In this document: positions 30,528-44,537 of the stretch, piece after piece | Position numbering within the stretch: the first letter of the stretch is position 1 | How the letters are laid out: each line of letters begins with the position of its first letter | Assembly (NCBI GenBank): GCA_000320545.1 | Contig: ADNK01000135.1 | Coordinates: forward strand, 93,611-157,610 | Reading direction: 5' to 3' | Source of the DNA: Bigelowiella natans CCMP2755 | Taxonomy: Eukaryota > Protista > Cercozoa | DNA: 64,000 nucleotides | Notes under the pieces: generated by a model | The model's input: the letters and a program-made list of their open reading frames with translations, nothing else | Databases searched by the model: none | What the model was told of the DNA's origin: nothing | Position numbers and translations under genes: made by a program

Positions 30528-32774
30528 CGGCGGTGTCGCAAGCACCGAGTAAGAAGAAATTTGAGAAAACCACATTGTATTTCACCTTTTTTATTGCAAA
30601 AACGTTGTCGCAGATAATAATCGCAACACTGTCCGTGCTGCCCTCGTGTGTTCCCCCCCCTCTTACCTTACGCAGAAAGACGCCCTGCACCTTGAAATCG
30701 CCCCTAACTCAAGGACACGGAGCGACCCAGAGGATAAGTAAAGGAAGGAAAGAAGTTGAGGAGGCATCGTCACCATCGTACACTCGTCTGAAAATGGCAT
30801 ATCTGCTATTCTTATTTCTATCCATCGGGTAAACGCTCCATTGCTTTGGGGTGATAATAAATCATAATATCAAGATTCAACTGTCATATTAGGTATCTAT
30901 TAAGCGCAGTCTCATCCATCCAGTTCTTCATTGAGAGTGGAAGTGATGGTAAGTTATGCTAAACAGGTTTTACTGCATGTTTCGTTGAAATAGGTGCAAA
31001 ATATGCAATTAACAGTCGGTGTATTTGGCAGATATGCTCATTCTTGGGTTGCTCTGTTCATTAAAGTTTATGCGCAATGCTATGAAGATATGGAGTACTC
31101 CGGAGAAGGATGGAAGGTTAAATCATCGTCGAAATGACGAAATTGTAGTATTTTTTTCCAAATGGTATCATTTATTTGGAGGGATTCCTCACACTAGAGC
31201 AGGGCCATCGCCATCATTGCCATCAAAAAAATATCGAGAGCCAACTACTATGTGTGCATGCATCAAAGCATATGAACTAAATGCTGTGCAAAGTTAACGC
31301 CATGATCTTATCAAAATTGCTTCTGTATTTAGCAACAATAAGGAGCAGCAAGGGGAGGGACGAATATATGACGTAGCCACACTTCTTGTGTATCCATTAC
31401 TCTCATGGGTTCCTTTCTCCATGGCACAAAAATACCGGGTTGGAAACCCGTTGTTCAAGGTTACGAAGACATGATATTTTATGACGAGCTTCATATGGCC
31501 TTTTCCCCCAGACCTAAGTTGAAGCAAACCTTTTCTTAATTTTATAGGTCCCTGTCAGGCTTCCTTTTGTGTTGTCTGCACTCGTTGGTGTTGTTTCCTA
31601 CTTCATTTCATTGGCCACATCTGCAGTGTCGTGTAAGGATGTGATTGAATTCTCCAGTCGAATACACAAGCTCTTTTTCTGCGTATTCTCTCTTGTGCTA
31701 GGAATGGCATTTAACACGGTAATGTATGCATTGAATGTTTTCTTCGCGAAACTGACAAAATGTGGTATCGGTGTAGATGTTCCGAAGGATATTCCTTATC
31801 TTGAACAGCTTGATATGTCTGGCGCTGGGAATAATGGTATTTCAGCGACATCTTGTTAGCATGCGGTTTTGCTGGTTTTAATTTCGATTATGTATCCATA
31901 CGAAATCAGCAAAACGACACAGATTGGACTCCGAATGCATTGCAAGATTTTGGTTTGTGGATGCTCGTATCGGCGTACCTAGCGGCTGAGTTTGATCTGG
32001 GTCCGGAAGCAGTCCATTAGACTCGCAACTCGCAAGACACCACGTGATAACGTCTTTTTATAGGAATGCCATTCGACTAGTCTAAGCAAAGCACAGTTAC
32101 GACTACATAATTAACGCTCTGCATGTAAATTAGGAAGTCTTTTATTTGTAAAATTGTTGAAGACTGACTGGTGCATTTAAGCATGGCAATATAGCGTCGC
32201 CATGCTATACATTTCTCTACCTAGTGCTACTCGTATTCTCGTATTGACGTGTATCATCGCATTGCAATAGAGTAGTCGACGTGAACTGTCGCGTATAGAT
32301 AGACTGTTCTTCTTATGCACAAAGGCGTGGTTGAGAAACGGCTGCCGTGCGTATAATGAAGATACAGAAAAGTTGTTGCTATATATAAGCCAGCTAGCCA
32401 GCTCATGACGAATGGTTCGCGCACATAACGCACGTAAATAATTAAGGCATATCTAGATATATCTAGCTGTATCTAGATGTCAACACAATACAAGCATATA
32501 AATATGTGTGCGCTATCTTTTCTCTAAGTTACAGATCTACAGGAGATGCACACGCTACACAACGCAGGCAAAGCAATGCTAGAATGCCTGCTAGGTAAGT
32601 AATAAGCTCTGTATATAAAAAGAGATGATTGGCCATTTGCCACTTAAGTCTGGCTAGCTGGACATCTGGCTACACATTCAGTCATTCACACATTCGATCG
32701 ATCAGCAGCTGCTACGTTACTACGAACATGGTCGTTTGCGTGTGACACAGTACAGAGGACTTTTCAGATTGCAG

Positions 32775-33974
32775 TTACTCTAATGATTGGTCAAATCCTA
32801 AATAGGGCCCCCTAACTGTTGCTACTCCGGCCTGCGTAGGTACATCATAACAATGTAACTATTTGTTGTGTATACTACAACAATAACAACTTATGACGTT
32901 ACCACTCTGTTTCTGTCAACTGTCAAGTTGATAATCCGCAGTCTGCAATGTGACCCCTACGGCAACGATAACGACGAGAAATTACAATAATAGTGACAAT
33001 TTTCTTAAATGAGATACCACCTACCTTCTTAATTACTTCAACCTCTTGATCTTCTCTCTGGCAAGTGTATTGCTGATATCACAACCAATCATCATTCGAC
33101 GATGTTCATCACACTATTCCGGAAGAGAATTAGCGCAAGCACCTTATCGACTGGATTAAACTTGTATGCACTAGGGATGTGATTTTCCGCAACGAATAGC
33201 TGATATTGAGAGCACATTCCACAGGTTGATTAAATTTGTCACAGGAAGTACAATCATCAATGGTTTTATGGTTTTGGAAGTCTGTACTTGAAGAGGGCCA
33301 GCTTGGCAGAACATCCCTTGTTCCGTAATCTTGTCGACCTCCGCCATCAAAATTTCATTGGGATATGGCTTAAATACTATGGCCCTATACCTTACCTAAA
33401 TCAAATACATTATTCATCAGCTGCAAACTAAATCAACGCGAGACGTCGTTAACAGAGAATGGCCGCCTATAATACCTTAAAGTGGGCACAGCCTGTGATT
33501 TCATCCAGCCTCCCTTCCAGATTATTTTTGTTTATTATTGCAGCAACCATAATTGTGAATCCATATCTCTCCGAGCACTTTCCCTCGACCTTCTCCTGGG
33601 TAATGTTAAGAAAGAGTTGAAGATATCCGTAGAAACTAAGGTGAAGATCCATTCCTTTCAGCATTGTATTTTGTTTACCTTTAAGCGTTTCTGAACCTTA
33701 TCTTTGATGCCTTTTTGAAAGTCACTGGGTGGAAGCTCTACATTCTCCTCCCGATCAATCTGTATAGCCACTTTTTTGTTAGCGCGGAGTCTAATCAAGC
33801 TATCCCCCCCTACACTCGCAGGATGTATGAAAACCCCCAATTCCGCTGTTGATACCACCAGAACCAGTGACATTAATAAAAACAAAGGGGGTGGCAATTT
33901 TGGGCTTAAAGGGGTTTAAAACAGGGGGGGGAGCGGAGGGAGAAGGCGCATTCTTATTTTACCAAGAAGAACAT
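32775..33974 (-). CDS. RPB7: DNA-directed RNA polymerase II subunit RPB7
   Basis: Spliced: MFFL|IDREENVELPPSDFQKGIKDKVQKRLK|EKVEGKCSERYGFTIMVAAI...GCAHFK|VRYRAIVFKPYPNEILMAEVDKITEQGMFCQAGPLQ|LFVAENHIPSAYKF...|...RLRII...|AGVATVRGPYLG...*. This matches the RPB7 motifs (VEG.C..RYGF, V.Y.AIVF.P..EIL, AGP). Confidence 0.92.
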
Positions 33975-34129
33975 GATCTTCGGTCTAAGGGCTGTTGTTT
34001 GTGTTGCATGTGTAGCAACAACAGGACCAAATTATTTGGATGTTCCGCGAAGCATGATTATTTCGAAATAAAGTAGACTATATTTTTATACTACGACAAG
34101 GGAAATATATTGTCTCTATTAATATTTAA

Positions 34130-34663
34130 GGCCTCACCTGTAACCTCAGACCCACCCGCAGGCAGACCACCCCTCGGTTTGCGCCACACGCACATTTTTA
34201 ACATGCACTCATCGCGTTGTGGGGAGCTTAGTCAGATTACATTATCAATGAATTTAGTATTGGATTGTTCTTATTTCAGGTGTGCTCAAAGAAGACACGC
34301 AATGGGGCTCGTAGATGTGTTCAACACCGAGGACAAGGATGACATGAATAAGGTGCTAGCTAGGCTGGATCGAAGGATGAATGATACGGGCATTAATCGA
34401 GAGCTCATGAAGATGAACAGCAGAAGGGTGAAGCAAAGCGATCGTGTGCAAAGGTTGTACTTAACTCTTCTCTATGCAACATAAAGATTCTGATTGAACG
34501 AACCAATCAGGATGAGAATCCGCAGCATGAAGAAGTGGAAAGAACGCACCCTTCTCAGAACACTCGCTAGAATATTGAGCCGAAGGAACGGGTAACTTTT
34601 ACAACTTTCGATTGTTATTCTGGTTGTTCTTATTGTCGTTTGCCACTCAGGCGTATACGATGA
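34130..34663 (+). CDS. Probable mitochondrial ribosomal protein bS21-like (start uncertain)
   Basis: Spliced: ...AQRRHAMGLVDVFNTEDKDDMNKVLARLDRRMNDTGINRELMKMNSRRVKQSDRVQR|MRIRSMKKWKERTLLRTLARILSRRN|GRIR*. Small and basic with an S21-like pattern. Head-to-head with RPB7. Confidence 0.5.
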
Positions 34664-35314
34664 AATGTCCAGGGAATTACGTATGATTCTTCCTCATAGC
34701 CAAATATGTTTGACATTGTTGGATTATGATATATACGGATAGTATCGTGGTTCTATCAAAAGATATCTTATGAATGCGCTCATATTTTTCCCAATTCATT
34801 AAATATGTTCCAAACCTCTCAATACCACATTCGATTAACTTGCACAATGCATTATGAGACTATGTTAATTTTTTCAACTGTCATCCCGATGTAGCTTTGC
34901 AAAGCTGCGGCATCAGCGTATAAATTACACTATATCGCGCCATTATTCATGTAAGTTATGCAGAATAATCATAAGAAACATGAAAACACCTAGCTCAAGC
35001 TAGCAAGATAGCAATAAAAGCGCGCACTTAGACAACGTTGTGGTGTGTGAGAAATTGAACACCTATCTAGCTATTAACAAAATCACATGTCCTATAGCTG
35101 GTTCGTGCCGCCGCATTATGATCGCATGCACATATTTGCACAAATCGCGCATGTGCGCGCAATTAGATTACTACGTGTCAGCTAGGAAGTATGAGTACCC
35201 GTTAGCTCGGCATATGCATGAACTCTCAAATAAAGTGTCACAACACAAGCACGTCTAGGCGCACGTATGCACATTGACCGGGCAATTTTAAATGAAATAA
35301 AATCACTTTTCCCT

Positions 35315-36234
35315 TCAAAATGAAAACACATCTGACTTGTCTACATCGTATTCCACCGATATGTCCCATCTATCTCCTGGAGCTTCCTTCTCCAAATATT
35401 TTACAAACCGCAGAGTTCCTTCATCCCTGACTACTATACTTAGGACATTAAAGCCAGCATGGAGGGAAAGTAACGTCTCTCCATCCTCATCATTACCACC
35501 ATTTTCAGTACCACCGGAGAGACTTTTGGGATCTGCATATATAATAGGTGAGTGAGCAGGTACTGGTAAAAATGAGAAGGCACGAGAATATTGTATAGTT
35601 CAACGAGGAAATACCTGGATGATCCGTACGACAAACAGCTACTTCTTCAGAATCTTCTTCACTTTTGGCGTTGGTATTTTCTAACTCTGCTGCCATGGCT
35701 GACGATGACGCAGTTCCTGCCCTGTAATACCAAGTAATCATCTCACACCAAATTCACTTGTGTTCTCTATTATTTTTGAAGTCCCATATCACTCATAGAG
35801 AGGGAATGTGCCGTTGTATTACTTGGGCGATCGAGCACTTTTGATCGAAACATCCGCATCCAAATTCTGTCGCAGTGGTCTTGCTGTGACGTACCTGCAT
35901 GATAACCCAAGGGAAAAAAAAAAAATGAACAAGCAAATGTGACCTCCAGAAGTAATTTTTCGATGGCCCCCCTTCTTAGCTAGGATCCCCCATTATCATC
36001 CCTACGTTTCAAATCCGCCTTGGTTTGACCCATCCCATTCGGCCTCGTTACCTTAAGTTTTTAAATTACAATAAAAATCATGAATCTCAGTGTCAATTGG
36101 CCTCGGACAATCATGCAATCCTCGCTCTAACACTGCTTTCACTATATTACCCTCGGCAAAACACAGCGTTACATCGATTCTAGAGCAATTCGCGGGAAGC
36201 CCCCCCCCAGTGGCTATGCAGTAGTCCTATGGTA

Positions 36235-36266
<32 letters not shown>

Positions 36267-36524
36267 CAATCCATACAACAACTTCAGGTAAAGTACAATG
36301 CAATTCAATGCAATACGTGTGTGTCGAACAACAATAACAACAACAACAACAACAACAACACAATTTCCTCCTTCTATGAGACAGACAATCACTATTTACT
36401 TTTCCACGACGAAAATGTCGAATGGAGGCACGAGCCGCAACGGTACGGATTCCGGTGATGGCCATGAGATATCGCTAATTATTGCAGAGCACATGATGCA
36501 CGTATGACCAAATCAGTCATATGA

Positions 36525-36565
<41 letters not shown>

Positions 36566-37097
36566 TGCAATCTGCATCGACGGGAAGAATGGGGCAAAAA
36601 ATGATCTGACGTTGAAGAATATAGACCTCTACACTCACAAACCTGAAACTGCGGAGACATGAAGAGATCTTCTTTTATTCTTCTCAATTCCTTTCCGATG
36701 GTGTCGTCTTGCCCAATGGATGATGATGATGATGAAAATGATGATGATGATGGTGTTGATGACGCTATTGACACCACGGACGACGATGATAAAGATGATG
36801 AGAGCAGCTGGTACTTTGCTCTCTTCTGCGCCTGAACTTCCTCCAGCATCTTCTTCGTTCCAAAGTGGTGTTTGTCTAAGGTACAAACAGAAGCAACAAC
36901 AACATCAACTATTGCTCTCGAGAGTAGAGGTGATGATACTGAGAGCTATATACTGGTCAATGTTGAAATTAATTGGTTCAATTCGTCTTGCTTTGTAATT
37001 CTCTCCAGCAGCATCCTGACCCTCTATCGTAATCCTCCATGATAGTAAACTAGCAATTTTTGTACTATTTCTAGACTCACCTCCCCCCCCCCCGCTC

Positions 37098-37171
<74 letters not shown>

Positions 37172-37917
37172 TGTGTCCATTTTTATCATTGTCCTTCTAG
37201 CCTTCTTCTTCTTCTGCTTCTTCTTCTTCTTCTTCTTCGTATCGTTCCCAATTCTAGAGAGCGGCTTCTAGACCTACCGTTACTACTTCTATGATCGTCG
37301 CTTTCACCACCATCGGTGGCGTCAAGATAAGTGAGATATCTCCTCATGTGCGGTGGCCCAAGCTCAACCCATTTGCCGTCTCTTTGACGCTCTTGATGCT
37401 GCTTAGGATGATGATGACGATGATGGTGGTTGTGATTGTTCCCGGCCTTGTTATCGTCATCAACGGTATTCTCATTGTTGCCCCGAGCAACGAAGATTGC
37501 GTTGTCGTTGGATTCGTCTACGCATCGTCTTAAATGTGACGGGGAGTGAGGAAGTCGAGGAGGGATAGAACTAGACGGGGGAAGAAGAGGAAGTTGAGAG
37601 GACGTTGAATCGTTAGTCGCTTGAGGCGAAGAAGTGGTAGGCCTCCTAGCAGCAAGGGGCGCTGGTAAGATTTTAGGGAGAAGAAATGGCCGCAACAGAT
37701 GCGACGATGAATCCAGGAGTTCCTTATGCATTCTAAGGAGGAAGGTTGTGAAGAAATAGTAGTAGTAGTAGCAGTGGTAGTTGTAGTTGTTGTAGTAGCA
37801 GTAGTTGTTGTAGTAGGAGGAGGAGGAGGAGGAGGAAAAGGAAGGAAAGGAGGAAAAGGAAGAAAAGGAGGAAAAGGGATCATCGAAGAGGGTAAATAGA
37901 GGACAGGCATATATGTT

Positions 37918-37954
<37 letters not shown>

Positions 37955-39707
37955 CGCGGAATCTCTACCGACACGATTATTACCTTCTGATAGTAGAATT
38001 CTCGAGAAGGGATTGGTGCAGAAAAAGCGACAGAAACTTACGGTCATTGGGGGACAAAACCTACAAGTAGAAGCCGATAAATGTTTTCACACTTACGATT
38101 TTCTCTCTTTCTGTAACGAAAATATAATCATCTTCATCAGAGAGTATTGCTTCCTCCCCTTCCTTCTCACTTATTTTTTTCCCTTCTTTTTGGTTGTCGT
38201 CTTCCTTCAAGATTGTTGTTGTTGCTGCTGCTGCTGATGGGTTGTGAGAATTACGTGCAGGGGCGGCTCTTTATCCTCCTCCTCCTCTTCCTCCTCCTCC
38301 TCCTCCTCCTTATCGTTTCCATTCTTGTGGTGGTGATCGTCGTTATCATTATCATCATCATCATTGGCATGATTGCCAAGATCCTTTTCCAACAACTGTG
38401 CTACTGAATCTGCTCGTGCTGTCGTCGTTGATGCTACTACGGGGATTTCTGACGACGATGGCAACAACGATGAAGGGCAAGGGGCGGCCCCATTTATCGG
38501 TCGCATGCTCTGCTGCCGGTGCTTCTTATGCTTCTCCGGATGGAGACCAAAGCATCCTGCCATCGGACGCCAATCTGTTTCGCTTGAAGAAGGGCGGCGT
38601 GAGAAAGGAAGAAAGAGAGAGAGAGAGACAGAGGAATTGACTTTACACCAATTTCATTATCAGGCACATAATAATCAGTACTGTTACCATCATCATCATC
38701 ATCATCATCACCATGTATTTGTTTTTATCTTGCATCTAGTACCCAAATATGATGATACTCGTCCTTCTAATTTGCTTCCCACTTACTTGCATGATATAAA
38801 CTACTTTACGGCTAACACATCATCACTTCAATTACCTCTGGGGAAGTGTCAGCGAACGCCGCGATGAAAGGAAGCTGTCGCCGATACGAAGAGACTTTGT
38901 GAACTCCTCCTCCTTCTCCTCTCCCTCCATACGAAGAGACTTTGTGAACTCCTCCTCCTTCTCCTCTCCCTCCCTATATTCCTCCATTTCTTTCTTCCCC
39001 ATTGTTGCTTCTGTTCTTTGCTCATGACGTCGTCTGCTATGATTGGCTTGGATTCTATCATCACTTTTGGGAGCGTGGTACCATCCTGAGATGCTCAAAC
39101 GTGGGCGCTCTCCATGGACCTCTTCGACAGAATGCAAGCTTTCTCCCGGCCGAACCTTATTATTACATTAGACAATTCTAGTTACAAATTTCTGTCCTAA
39201 AGTAGTACATGCTGGTAGTGTTGCTTTCTCCTTCATCGACACATTTTTTCTAACATATCATCTGTTTTAGGACAACTGCTCTTGGCAGATTTTTTGTGCA
39301 AAATTGGCCACCACCACCACCTACCTACCTACCTCAAACACAGCCATCGAGTTCCATTCTGGAAGAATCTACGAGAAAATACGTGATAAATGGGGAAGAA
39401 GCTGTTTCATCATACTGACCAGCGATGCACTCACAACAGGCGAAATGTTCAATTGACATTGTTCTTCCTAACAGCTTGGTACAGGGCAAGGTAATAATAC
39501 ATAGTTTGAGGGCCAATGGTGTTTCGTACACCGCTCTTTCTTCTTCTCCTTCGTGCCAGTCATATTCTTTACTGCCTCTTTTGTGGAGGATGTAGTGCTG
39601 GTGGTAGGATATAACTCGAGCCTTCCACCCTCTGATACTTGCCATGGCGGGTCCTGCAAGTCAAATACCCATCATTTTCTTGTCAAGGTAAACACGGACT
39701 TTCCCCG

Positions 39708-39743
<36 letters not shown>

Positions 39744-41221
39744 ATACGGAGTACACCAGCTAGCTTGGAGCATCCGGTACTACGTGAGACAACAGGATGA
39801 ATTTGGACATTGCGGCACGATTCAAGTGTCAGAGTAAGTCGCACTACAACAACTACTCGTATACAAGTAGTACTAGTACCTCATCAACAAGGTACAAGAT
39901 ATAAGACAATCTGCAATACCATTCAACAAACAAGTTACCCAAAGAAAACACGTCTTACGGTTCGGAAAGATATCTTTCGATCGTCAAGTATCCTCTCACC
40001 CTTTTATTTTTTTTCATGAATCTCCATTTCTATTGTTATGCTGATGGAAAGGTGAATGCGATTGTAAAACACCTCCGTGAGCCAATATGGTCATCATGAC
40101 ACAAAAGATGATTTCCTTTCACGTATCTGAAAGAGGAGAGAATGGGGATTAATGGAGTACTCAAATGAATGAAGAGATGATGCGTAATGACAATTAATTG
40201 TGAAACCAGATACAAGAATTTGTATGTGAAGATCATTAATCAGATATATGTGTTCCGCCTACACGTTGATACTGCAGTCCACTCTTTCAGAATCCAAGGG
40301 ACCACATCCTAAATCCATATCGTTAGACGTATTGCAAGCTTAGAAACTCTTTCATGCTAATTTATGATAATGCAATGCGGACAAATGAAACACTCTGTCC
40401 CCAATAAAATTAGTACTCTTATAATAACCTGTAGAGTTTCTAAGAGCCTGCATGAACTCTTTGGATGTGAGCGCATCACGCAACCGCAAGACATGAGGAA
40501 TTTTCGATGCGAAAGTTGCATTTGCTTTTTCCAGGCCGCAAAGGTCTGAGGGCACTTGAAACACCTGTGCAAGATGCACGCATCATCAGCCGGATTCCTC
40601 TTCATCTCCAGAGCTACGAGATGCTATTACCTTAAAAAGATCTGTTTCCTTCGGTTGTGCTACAAAGTTGCACAATAACTCGTCTCTAGCCTATATAGAA
40701 TATCGATCGGATTGACAAAACTAATCTATTTTTACGAAAAGTGGCCATGTAGCATGATCTATCCAAAAATCAATTGACGATCATTACAATGTTAAGGAAG
40801 CTCTTGTTAAACAAGTCTCGGATCACGACATGTGGGAACGGCCTTGCTGAAGAGTACATCTCCCTAAATTCTCCGCGAAAGCTGAAAAGAAGATCATATG
40901 TCATCATTTGGATCCCTTTTGTATACATATCCAACACCTCTTGTTTCGAAATAATCTGATGATTCTTGGTGACCAGTGTGTCGACGACGGCGTTAACGCC
41001 TCTTTTGTTTCTCTCGGGCGAGCATCCCCATCCACTTTGCATCGAAGCTTAGCACTTTCGATACTAGTAGCCAAGAAAACAGGTTTGTTGTTGACCTCTC
41101 GATTTGAAGGGCGAACTGCGTTGCCGCTATACCGTGGGACAATACACAATGCTAGGCATGTACAAAGCTGAGCCAGGATAATCCCCCGCCATCTCCCTCG
41201 TTTGCCTGCTCTGCGCCGCAT
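35315..41221 (-). CDS. Tpa1/OGFOD1-type 2OG-Fe(II) prolyl hydroxylase with N-terminal hydrophobic leader, multi-exon
   Basis: SARPFPHVVIRDLF; KETDLFK; YVKGNHLLCHDDHIGSRR (HxD); PWQVSEGGRLELYP; WNSMAVFE|VRPGESLHSVEEV...RLSISGWYH (distal His, RxS). C-terminal domain: GPPHMRRY, GGFET, NVLSIVVRDEGTLRFVKY...APGDRWD. Stop at 35315-35317. Confidence 0.9.
38884..38973. repeat. 45-bp exonic tandem duplication (EGEEKEEEFTKSLR x2)
   Basis: atacgaagagactttgtgaactcctcctccttctcctctccctcc occurs at 38884-38928 and 38929-38973, in frame. Confidence 0.9.
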
Positions 41222-41621
41222 TAGCTTCTCCGCTCTACGACGGACGTCCCCCTCCCCTCCCGTTCGCAACTCAATCGCCAGCACGCAGCATATTACCCGA
41301 GACAAGGAACTCAAAAAGGAAATGATCACAGCGATTTTGCTCCTAAGACTCGTTGTTTTCTAGGTCGCAAGGCAAAAATCGCTTGCGTTTCGTCTTCCGA
41401 TGAACTCGTAGGGCGGGAAGCCATTTGCACTTTCAATGACACCTCTCTTCGAGGAACTTGATCACGAGTACGGACGCTCCGAGGCATTTTGAGGAAGGGG
41501 GAGGAGGAGGAGGAGGATGATAAGGAAGAAGAAGGAAGAGACTATGAGGACGAGGAGGGTCTCCTTCATGTGGCGGCGTCTTATCTGATCCTGCTTCGAA
41601 GAGATCAAAGAAGATTCGGTC

Positions 41622-42676
41622 ATGCCTCGGAAAGTTATTGCTTTCGTCGCAGTCCTATTGGCACTATGCCTCGTCGTGTTCCCGCCTTCGAATCCTTTAG
41701 AGCAACCCGATCCAAATTTATCGGTCGCTCGAACGCCAGCCAATTGCAGCAATGCGCGTGCACGAAATCATCATTATTCGTATCGAGTCCTCCATCAACA
41801 ACGGAGACAAAGGTGTAAAACAAAGATCTTTTGCATATAAGAGAAAGAATCCTTCACATAAAAATCCCCTTTCACTAACTTCTAGATCATTAAAAACTGC
41901 AGCTGGTGGCAGTCTCCCTTACCTTAGTGGTAAGACGTCTTTTATTGTTCGAAGTACAGTGTATAATCAAACTGCGATTGCTGGCCTTGAATGCAAAGGT
42001 GGTGGTGGTGCTAGCTTTCCTAATTTAAACGACTCGGATCTATGGGAAGAGGCTCAGAAGCTCAAGACAAGAGACTATCAGGTCCTAAACAACGATTTCT
42101 CAATTTTCTTTTTATTTTTAATCCTAATTGAAATCGTTGCTATCGATGCATTGTCGCACATCACTTGTATAATCCGCATTGATGTGCCTTTTCGAAGACC
42201 TAATATTATTGGTTGATAAGAAGCATGAGATTGTTCCCAACCACATCAATCATCCTTCACGGTGATTGCTTTTTTAATATCATCGTTAGCCTAAAGTGCC
42301 GCCTTGGCTAGACGTGGAATACACGACCGAGTCAACACTATCTGCAGACACAATTCGGTGGCTCTGCTTAGCGTTTGTCATACACGATAGTTTGTTTAGC
42401 TGTCTCTTTGTGAAGAAATGGTGTGCTTCTTACTTTTTGATACCTAGCCTAACCTTCACTGACAAAGTTGTTTACTTTTCTGTAATCGCCCAACAGCCAA
42501 CAAAACCCGAGGCTTGCTGCGCTTCTAGATTATGGCGCAAAAGATAGGCTGCCACCAGGCAAATATTACTTTTCGACATGTATTTAGAGCTGCATGTGTA
42601 TGTGTGTATGTGAGTGTGTGTGTGTGTGTGCGCGCGCGCGTGTGTGTTGAGAGAGAGAAGGAAGTGAGAACAGAGA

Positions 42677-42721
<45 letters not shown>

Positions 42722-44506
42722 GGGTCGGCCTTTATCAGATTAATTTTGATTCATTTAACTTTGTGTTAGTAGTATTAGTGGTAGTAGAGGTAGTAGTATC
42801 TTAATGCTGCTACTTCCTCGAATAATGCCATTGCTTACACCTTCCTACAGGAATGATCGACGAGATGTTCAATCCCTCTGATAGCAGGCAATAATTGCAA
42901 TTTCATGGTCCAAACTGATGCGTTCAAGCAGTCAAGAGGAGTTGCGATTGGTCCGGATAACTCTAATTATTCCATTTGCGATTACCTTTTCAGTGCGGAT
43001 TCCAGCGTTAGAGAGCGACATGAACAAAAGTACGAAGACGCTAAAATTGATATCATGAAAGGTAGAAAAGCATGTGATTGATGCATAACTGTTGTTGCGA
43101 TAGCTGACTTCCACCAACTATTTTTCATGCCAAGTAACATATGCTAAATAATGACAAATACCACAGGATTTGCGCGTCTGGGAAAGTCTCACGAAGAGAT
43201 TATGGTCTAAGCTGATGATGAAGATGATACTGATTCCTACTAGAGCTAACAATGAAAAAGAGCAGCGTTATATCGCTATAGTGCAAACTGATTTATTCAG
43301 ACATCATTCAGAATCATTGTCGTATTTGTCGTCCTTCGTCGTCATCATGATTATCTTCTTCGCCAGACTAAACTTCTGAAGCATCAGGATCATAAGCAGC
43401 AGTATCGATTAACAATGCAATATTTACTCTATATGATACACCACAGAGCAAGCCGATCGTAAGCCACAGGCAGTTCCGCCGCATAATGGAGTTCAGAACA
43501 TCTCTCTACCAACAGTCAGAAAAAAATGAAGAAGAAGAAGAAGAAGAAATCACTGCATCCTCTGACTGAGATGAACTCATTTCTAGCATTGAAACATATC
43601 CCCCACCAAATGATAGTTGCCTGTTGTTTACCACAACTAACTCACTAAAAAGGTATCGAAGGGATATGGGGGAATATGGCAAAGTAGAAACTCACGCTGG
43701 CTTCCAGTACGATTTAGCAGCATGAAGAAGAAGAAAAGAAAAAGAAGAAGAAGAAGATGATGATGATGATGATGATGGTGGTGAGGTTAATACGCAGGCT
43801 TGAGGTTAAAAATCCATGGGGAATCTATATTTTGTATCCCCATTTTTTAAAATTATCTACCACCACCACCACCATCGTCATCACCATCATCGTTATCATC
43901 GGTGTCATCATCAGAGTCAAGGATCTGTCAAAAATGAGCTTGGACGAGAGATACCTCAGAGCCCATAGGGTAACAACAACAACAACAACAACAATCCTCC
44001 TTCTACTTTATATGATCGTGCCATACGACGGTGCCGCATTATTGCCTATGGATGACGACGATGATATTTCCTAAATCGCTCACTCATAGCGGTGCCTGAG
44101 TGGTATCGTGATGGAAAATGCGGATAGACGATTTGGAGAGGCATACAGCACGCACGCAAGCAAGCGCACGATCACACACACACACACACACACACGGAAA
44201 TGATGTTACCATTCCGACTCATTTTTGTTCTTGTTCTTAACTCAGAATGTAGAGAACGAAATTCGATATTGTTTTGACCTTACTGTTTCTCCAGATAGCC
44301 AGACGGTAGTGGTGCACTGCTGTCTAAAGAAAGAATTAAAAGGGGGGGGGTGGGAGGGGGGGGGCTTTTCACGATCTCTACCTCTCATGCAGAAATTTGG
44401 CAATGATATAGGACACAGACTCTATTTTAAATTTGTTGAAGTTGTTTGAAGATACTGCATCGTAGCATAGTTGTTTCTTCAAAATATGTTGCTGCTACTA
44501 CTACTG

Positions 44507-44537
<31 letters not shown>

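Noticed and set aside
31000-31900. Possible gene or TE relic between PPOX and RPB7
   Set aside because: Short ORFs with stops in the frames examined; no motif or consistent splice model found.
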